Part shown: positions 59,188-64,000 of the stretch, in pieces
Numbering within the stretch: the stretch's first letter is position 1
Layout: each line of letters opens with the position of its first letter
From: the human T2T-CHM13v2.0 reference genome, Homo sapiens
Direction: 5' to 3' (one strand)
Length of the DNA: 64,000 bases
Assembly: GCF_009914755.1 (NCBI RefSeq)
Contig: NC_060946.1
Position numbers and translations under genes: made by a program
Notes under the pieces: model-generated
The model's input: only the letters and a program-made list of their open reading frames with translations
Told to the model about the DNA's origin: nothing
Databases searched by the model: none

Positions 59188-60859
59188 GAAGAAACACTTT
59201 AGTTTAATTGGGTCCTATTTGTCAACTTTTGCTTTTTTTGTAATTGCTTTTGGCATCTTGGTCATGAAATCTTTGTCAGTGTCTGTGTCCTGAATCATAT
59301 TGCCTAGGTTTTCTTCCAGGGTTTTTATGGTTTGGCATTTCACGTTTAAGTCTTTATTCCATCTTGGATTGATTTTGTATATGGTGTAAAGAAGGGGTCC
59401 AGTTCCAGTTTTTTCAACTGATGCCAGCCAGTTATCCCAGCATCATTTATTAAATAGGGAATCATTTCCCCATTGCTTGTTTTTGTTAGGTTTGTCAAAG
59501 ATCAGATGGTTGCAGGTGTGCAGCATTATTTCTGGGTTCTCTATCCTGTTCCATTGGTCTATGTGTCTGTTCTTGTACCAGTACCATGCTGTTTTGGTTA
59601 CTGTAGCCCTGTTGTATAGTTTGAAGTCAGGCAGTGTGATAACTTCCAGCCTTGTCCTTTCTGCTAAGGGTTGCTTTGGCTATTCAGGCTCTTCTTTGGG
59701 TCCATATAAATTTTAAAATAGTTTTTTTTTCTAATTATGTGCAGAATATCTATGGTAGTTTGATAGGATGCATTGAATCTGTAAATTGCTTTGGGCAGTA
59801 TGGCCATTTTAATGATATTGATTCTTCCTATCCATGAGCGTGGAATGTTTTTCCATTTGTTTGTGTCTTCTCTACTTTGAGCAGTGGTTTGTAGTTCTCT
59901 TTGAAGATGTCCTTCACTTCCCTTGTTAGCTGTATTCCTAGCTATTTTATTCATTTTGTAGCAATTGTGAAGGGGAGTTCATTCCTGATTTGGCTCTCAG
60001 CTTGCCTGTTGTTAGCATACAGAAATGCTGGTAATTTTTGCACATTGATTTTGTATCCTGAGACTTTGATGAATTTGCTTATCAGCTTAAGAGGCTTTTG
60101 GGTAGAAATGATGGGGTTTTCTAGATATAGGACCATGTCATCTGGAAACAAAGATAGTTTAATTTCTCTTTCTATTTGAATATGCTTTATTTCTTTCTCT
60201 TTCCTGATTGCCCTGGCCAGGACTTCCAACGCTATGTTGTATAGGGGTAGTGAGAGAGGACAACCTTGTCTTGTGCTGTTTTTCAATGGGAATGCTTCCA
60301 GTTGTTGCCCATTCAGTATGATATTGGCTCTGGGTTTGCATGTATGGCTCTTACTATTTTGAGCTATATTCCTTTAATACCTACTTTACTGAGAGGACTA
60401 CCAACCAAAAAAAAAGTTCAGGACCAGAAGGATTCACAGCTGAATCCTACCAGAGGTACAAAGAAGAGCTGGAACCATTCCTACTTAAACTATTTCAAGA
60501 AACTGAGGAGGAGGGGCTCCTCCCTAACTCATTCTATGAGGCCAGCATTATCCTGATACCAAATCCTGGCAGAGACACAACAGAAAAAGAAAACTTCAGG
60601 CCAATATCCTTGATGAACATCGATGCAAAAATCCTCAACAAAATGCTGGCAAACCAAATCCAGATGCACATCAAATAGCTTATCCACCATGATCAAGTAG
60701 GCTTCATCCCCAGGGTGCATCCCCAGGGTGCAAGTCTAGCTCAACATACACAAATCAATAAAAGTGATTCATCACATAAACTGGACTAAACCCAAAAACC
60801 ACATGATTATCTCAATAGATGCAGAAAAGGCCTTTATAAAGTTCAACATGGCTTCTGGT
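58154..60859 (-). mobile_element. L1PA10-13-like LINE-1 with 5' inversion (inverted part ~60396-60855)
   Basis: Antisense 3'UTR and ORF2 to ~60395, then sense ORF2 segment; TSD CTA(C/G)TCTTCATTTTCT at 58138-58153 and 60860-60875; internal (TG)n near 59144-59183. Confidence 0.93.
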
Positions 60860-62479
60860 CTAGTCTTCATTTTCTGTGCCTTCCATGAATAGCAGTTGAC
60901 ATTCACCCAGAAGATTCTATTCATTCCCATCCACACTGAGCATCTATCCTATTCCACATGATCCCAATGCTGGACTCCAATCTGTAATATCAAATTGATG
61001 TCCTTTCCTCCCCAAGAAATAGGATTTTCTCAGATTCCCTTGAGAAAAAAAATAGGCAGCATGAGTCAAAGTCAAGGTAGGTTTTGATATATCTGATTTA
61101 AATTATAGCTATATAACGTCAAGTTAGCCGGCCCAGATAACACATTTCAGTGACGAACAACTAAGTGCCAGATTCTAGGCTGCTGTTTTTACGTGAGTTA
61201 TGCAGAAACACATTTTTTTCTATCTTTCATTTTAAGGAAAAAATTTCATGATGCTTTTCTTGGTTTATTAGATACAACTTCTAAGACATCTCAACTCTCT
61301 GTGAATTTTGATACTATAGGGAACCAGGACATGACACTAATTGAATAGATTCCTCAGAGACCTACAAGCTGTCAACTGTATAAAGATTTCTTTTTGTAAT
61401 GCAATGTTTTGGTTCATTGCACACAACATCAAAACACTAAGATCAGAGAGAATGCAAAAGATGTTTTAACTGATACTTAAGAACAGAATACATTTGACCC
61501 CGCAAAGTGTCCCAGGAAGAGTAATTATTCTAAACATTTTTCTATATTCCTCACAAAACAGTAGAATCCCATAGTTAACTATTGTTTAAAATAGTGGCTT
61601 AACAATTATCTTTGATGCCTAGGTGAACATTTATTTTTCTTGTCCCTATTATTATACAGTAAAAGTCCAAAAATACATAAAGTCACCTACCTACAATGAC
61701 AAAAATAAATTGGCAGTGTGAACCTGGGGATGGCCTGGAAGCAAGTCGTGAGCACTAACGCATTTGCATGCATTTGACTGTCTAGTAAAGCAGACCAATT
61801 ATACAGCTCCCAAAAGGCAGCTTAGTGATGGAAAATTCTTTCAGTAGCTTTTTAGTTTATTTGATTGATTATGTATGACCCAGTGATAGCAGTTTGAATT
61901 TGATTGTAGGTAGAAAAGAAAAAGAAAGCAAACTGAGCTGTATTACTTAAAAGAGCAAGTATACAGAGAACTAGGCATGCAATTATTCATTCCATATTGG
62001 TGAATATTAGTTTTTGAGAAATTAAAAAATACATTTCTTTGTATTTCCAGGTATTGATTTTAATCTTATTAAATGAAATAACCACGTGTCAACCTGGGGG
62101 AAAGACTGAGTGAAGACCATCATGATCATCTCAAAACTCAAAGGAATTTGCATCCAGAATGGCTTAACTTTGAAAATAGGTACCTGAGCAAAGAAAAGGG
62201 TTAATTCATTTGGTTGTTATAGATTTAGAAGAAAGCTATGGATTTAGAAGAAAACTCACTTGACTACCTAAATAGCTTTATGTCATTTCCAGCTCTCATA
62301 TCTCTCTACTTTGGAAGTAGATTTTGAAACCCAGATTCTATTTTGAGGCTTCTCTTGCCAAAGGAATTGTCATGACTCTTCTCTTTACTTCACAGGACCC
62401 AACTTTCACACCATTCTAATCTTTTCTAATTCAACTTCCTATGCTTTGTTTTCATCAAGGCAGTTAATCAAATAATAAC

Positions 62480-62705
62480 CATAATCATAGTAATAGTAAT
62501 AATTATGACTATAATTAAGTTGTATTTAAATACTAAGTGCTTTGCCTGTATACATTCATTTTATCCTCACAACTATAGGAGGTAGCAACTAGTGTCATAC
62601 TGAGGCATAGAAAGGTGAAGTAAGTCACCCAGTTTTAAGTGGCAGAGGAAATTTTCATGCCCACATGGTGTGGCTCAAAGCCTGCACACTGGAACACTAT
62701 ACCAG
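62480..62705 (-). mobile_element. MIR
   Basis: ttatcctcacaactataggaggtag...actgaggcatagaaaggtgaagtaagtcaccc. Confidence 0.75.
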
Positions 62706-62950
62706 ATAGCATGGACTACTAGGCAGGATTAAAGAGAAGTGGCATAATTGTATCACAGTTGGTATACTAAAGGAAAATTTGGTAAGTATTGTTTCTAAGA
62801 CGAATACTTTGATTTTGTATAACAGAACAATATAAGTGAAGTAAATATTGTTTAGGAAGGATTTTAAGCTCATATTGATTCAAACTGCCTCACTGGGGAC
62901 GTGTGCCTTAAAAACCCTCTTACTCCTTTTTCATCTTAGAGAGAGGTTTC

Positions 62951-63163
62951 CTTCCCTTTTTTGTGAGACAGTGTCTCACTTTGTCAGTCAGGCTGAGTGC
63001 AGTGGCAGTCATAGCTCACTGTAGCCTCTACCTTCTGAGCTCGAGTGAGCCTCCTGTCTCAGCCTCCTGAGTAGCCACCAGCATAGCTGGGGCTACAGGG
63101 GTGCACCACCGCATCTTATTTTTTGGTAGAGATGGGATTTCAGCATTTTGCCCAGCCTGGTCA
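62951..63163 (-). mobile_element. 5'-truncated AluJ with TSD CTT(A/G)GAGAGAGGTTTC
   Basis: catagctcactgtagcctctacc AluJ diagnostics; TSD at 62935-62950 and 63164-63179. Confidence 0.88.
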
Positions 63164-64000
63164 CTTGGAGAGAGGTTTCTAGTCGCATATTCAGTATGTT
63201 ACTTTTCTTTAGATCTTGCTTATTCAATTTTTAATCAAAGGCATGAATAAAGATATAGACTGCAAACAGACGTTGGCTTATTTAATACCAGACTCAAAAA
63301 TAATATGCCTAAGTATATAAAACCAAATGTAGTAGAAACAAGTATCAAGTTTTATTTTAGTTTTATGAAATGTATTTTTTAAGATGTTTAAACTTGAAAC
63401 GCATGTCACAGTGTTATGTAAGTTTTGGTTCATTTGTCTCGCTCTGCTTCTGTATAATAGGTATAAGATGATCTTTCAGAATTCTTAGCAACTGTATAGT
63501 ACTTATCTCCTAGAACTTGTTCAATAATAATTGTTAGATGGATTCATAGACTAAAGAATTAATAGATATAGATTGAAAACTAAAGCATTTTATTTTACAA
63601 AGATCAGAATTAATTTACTAAAATCTAAATTTCTGCTAGTAATATTAAATACATGTGGATAAACTACAAGAATGATAAAAATATTGCATTGTAAGAGTCA
63701 TTAAAAACTTGATATATTGTTAGACAACAACAGTATATTATGATTGTTTTTCAGGCCTCTCATTCCAAGAGAGATTTTAATACAATGCAAAGCATCAAAA
63801 ATAACTTGAAAATATGATGAATGCTGTGAAATTCATGAAACATGAATAAAACCTTAGGATATTCCATGTTTATTTCAGAGAAGATATAAGAAATTGATTT
63901 TTACATACTTAAAGGCTTTCCAAAGCAAGATTAGAAATGTTGAGTTTTTCCAGAGACTTACATATTTCAGAAAAGCCAATTTAATCTCAAACTCTGAAAG

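Noticed and set aside
60340-60678. 112-aa ORF with L1 ORF2-like sequence ([16 protein letters not shown])
   Set aside because: Fragment of the inverted L1 segment read across the inversion junction

Overview
Primate, most likely human, genomic DNA matching the chr22q11.1 region around the von Willebrand factor pseudogene; the locus assignment is from recalled VWF sequence, not a search. Positions ~6.6-21.2 kb hold an unprocessed minus-strand copy of VWF exons 23-34 (VWFP1). All 12 exons keep the lengths I recall for VWF, but two splice donors are destroyed (exons 23, 25) and there are two nonsense codons (Y1146*, Q1311*). At ~22.17 kb the sequence switches to an AT-rich block that looks like a separate duplicon. 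It carries a CpG island with an ATG-free minus-strand first exon and an intact donor (34624/34623), which I recognise from memory, with moderate confidence, as a paralog of ROBO2 isoform-a exon 1. This promoter/exon points into the pseudogene in the same orientation, 13.5 kb upstream of exon 23, so it is a candidate chimeric transcription unit. Downstream of Q1311* the spliced VWFP1 frame stays open for 636 codons. The rest is repeat-rich: nested L1s, an L1PA7-like element with an apparent 77-bp target-site duplication, a twin-primed inverted L1, a trimeric AluY, two minisatellites and small templated-insertion scars. No intact protein-coding gene, RNA gene or CRISPR array is supported.
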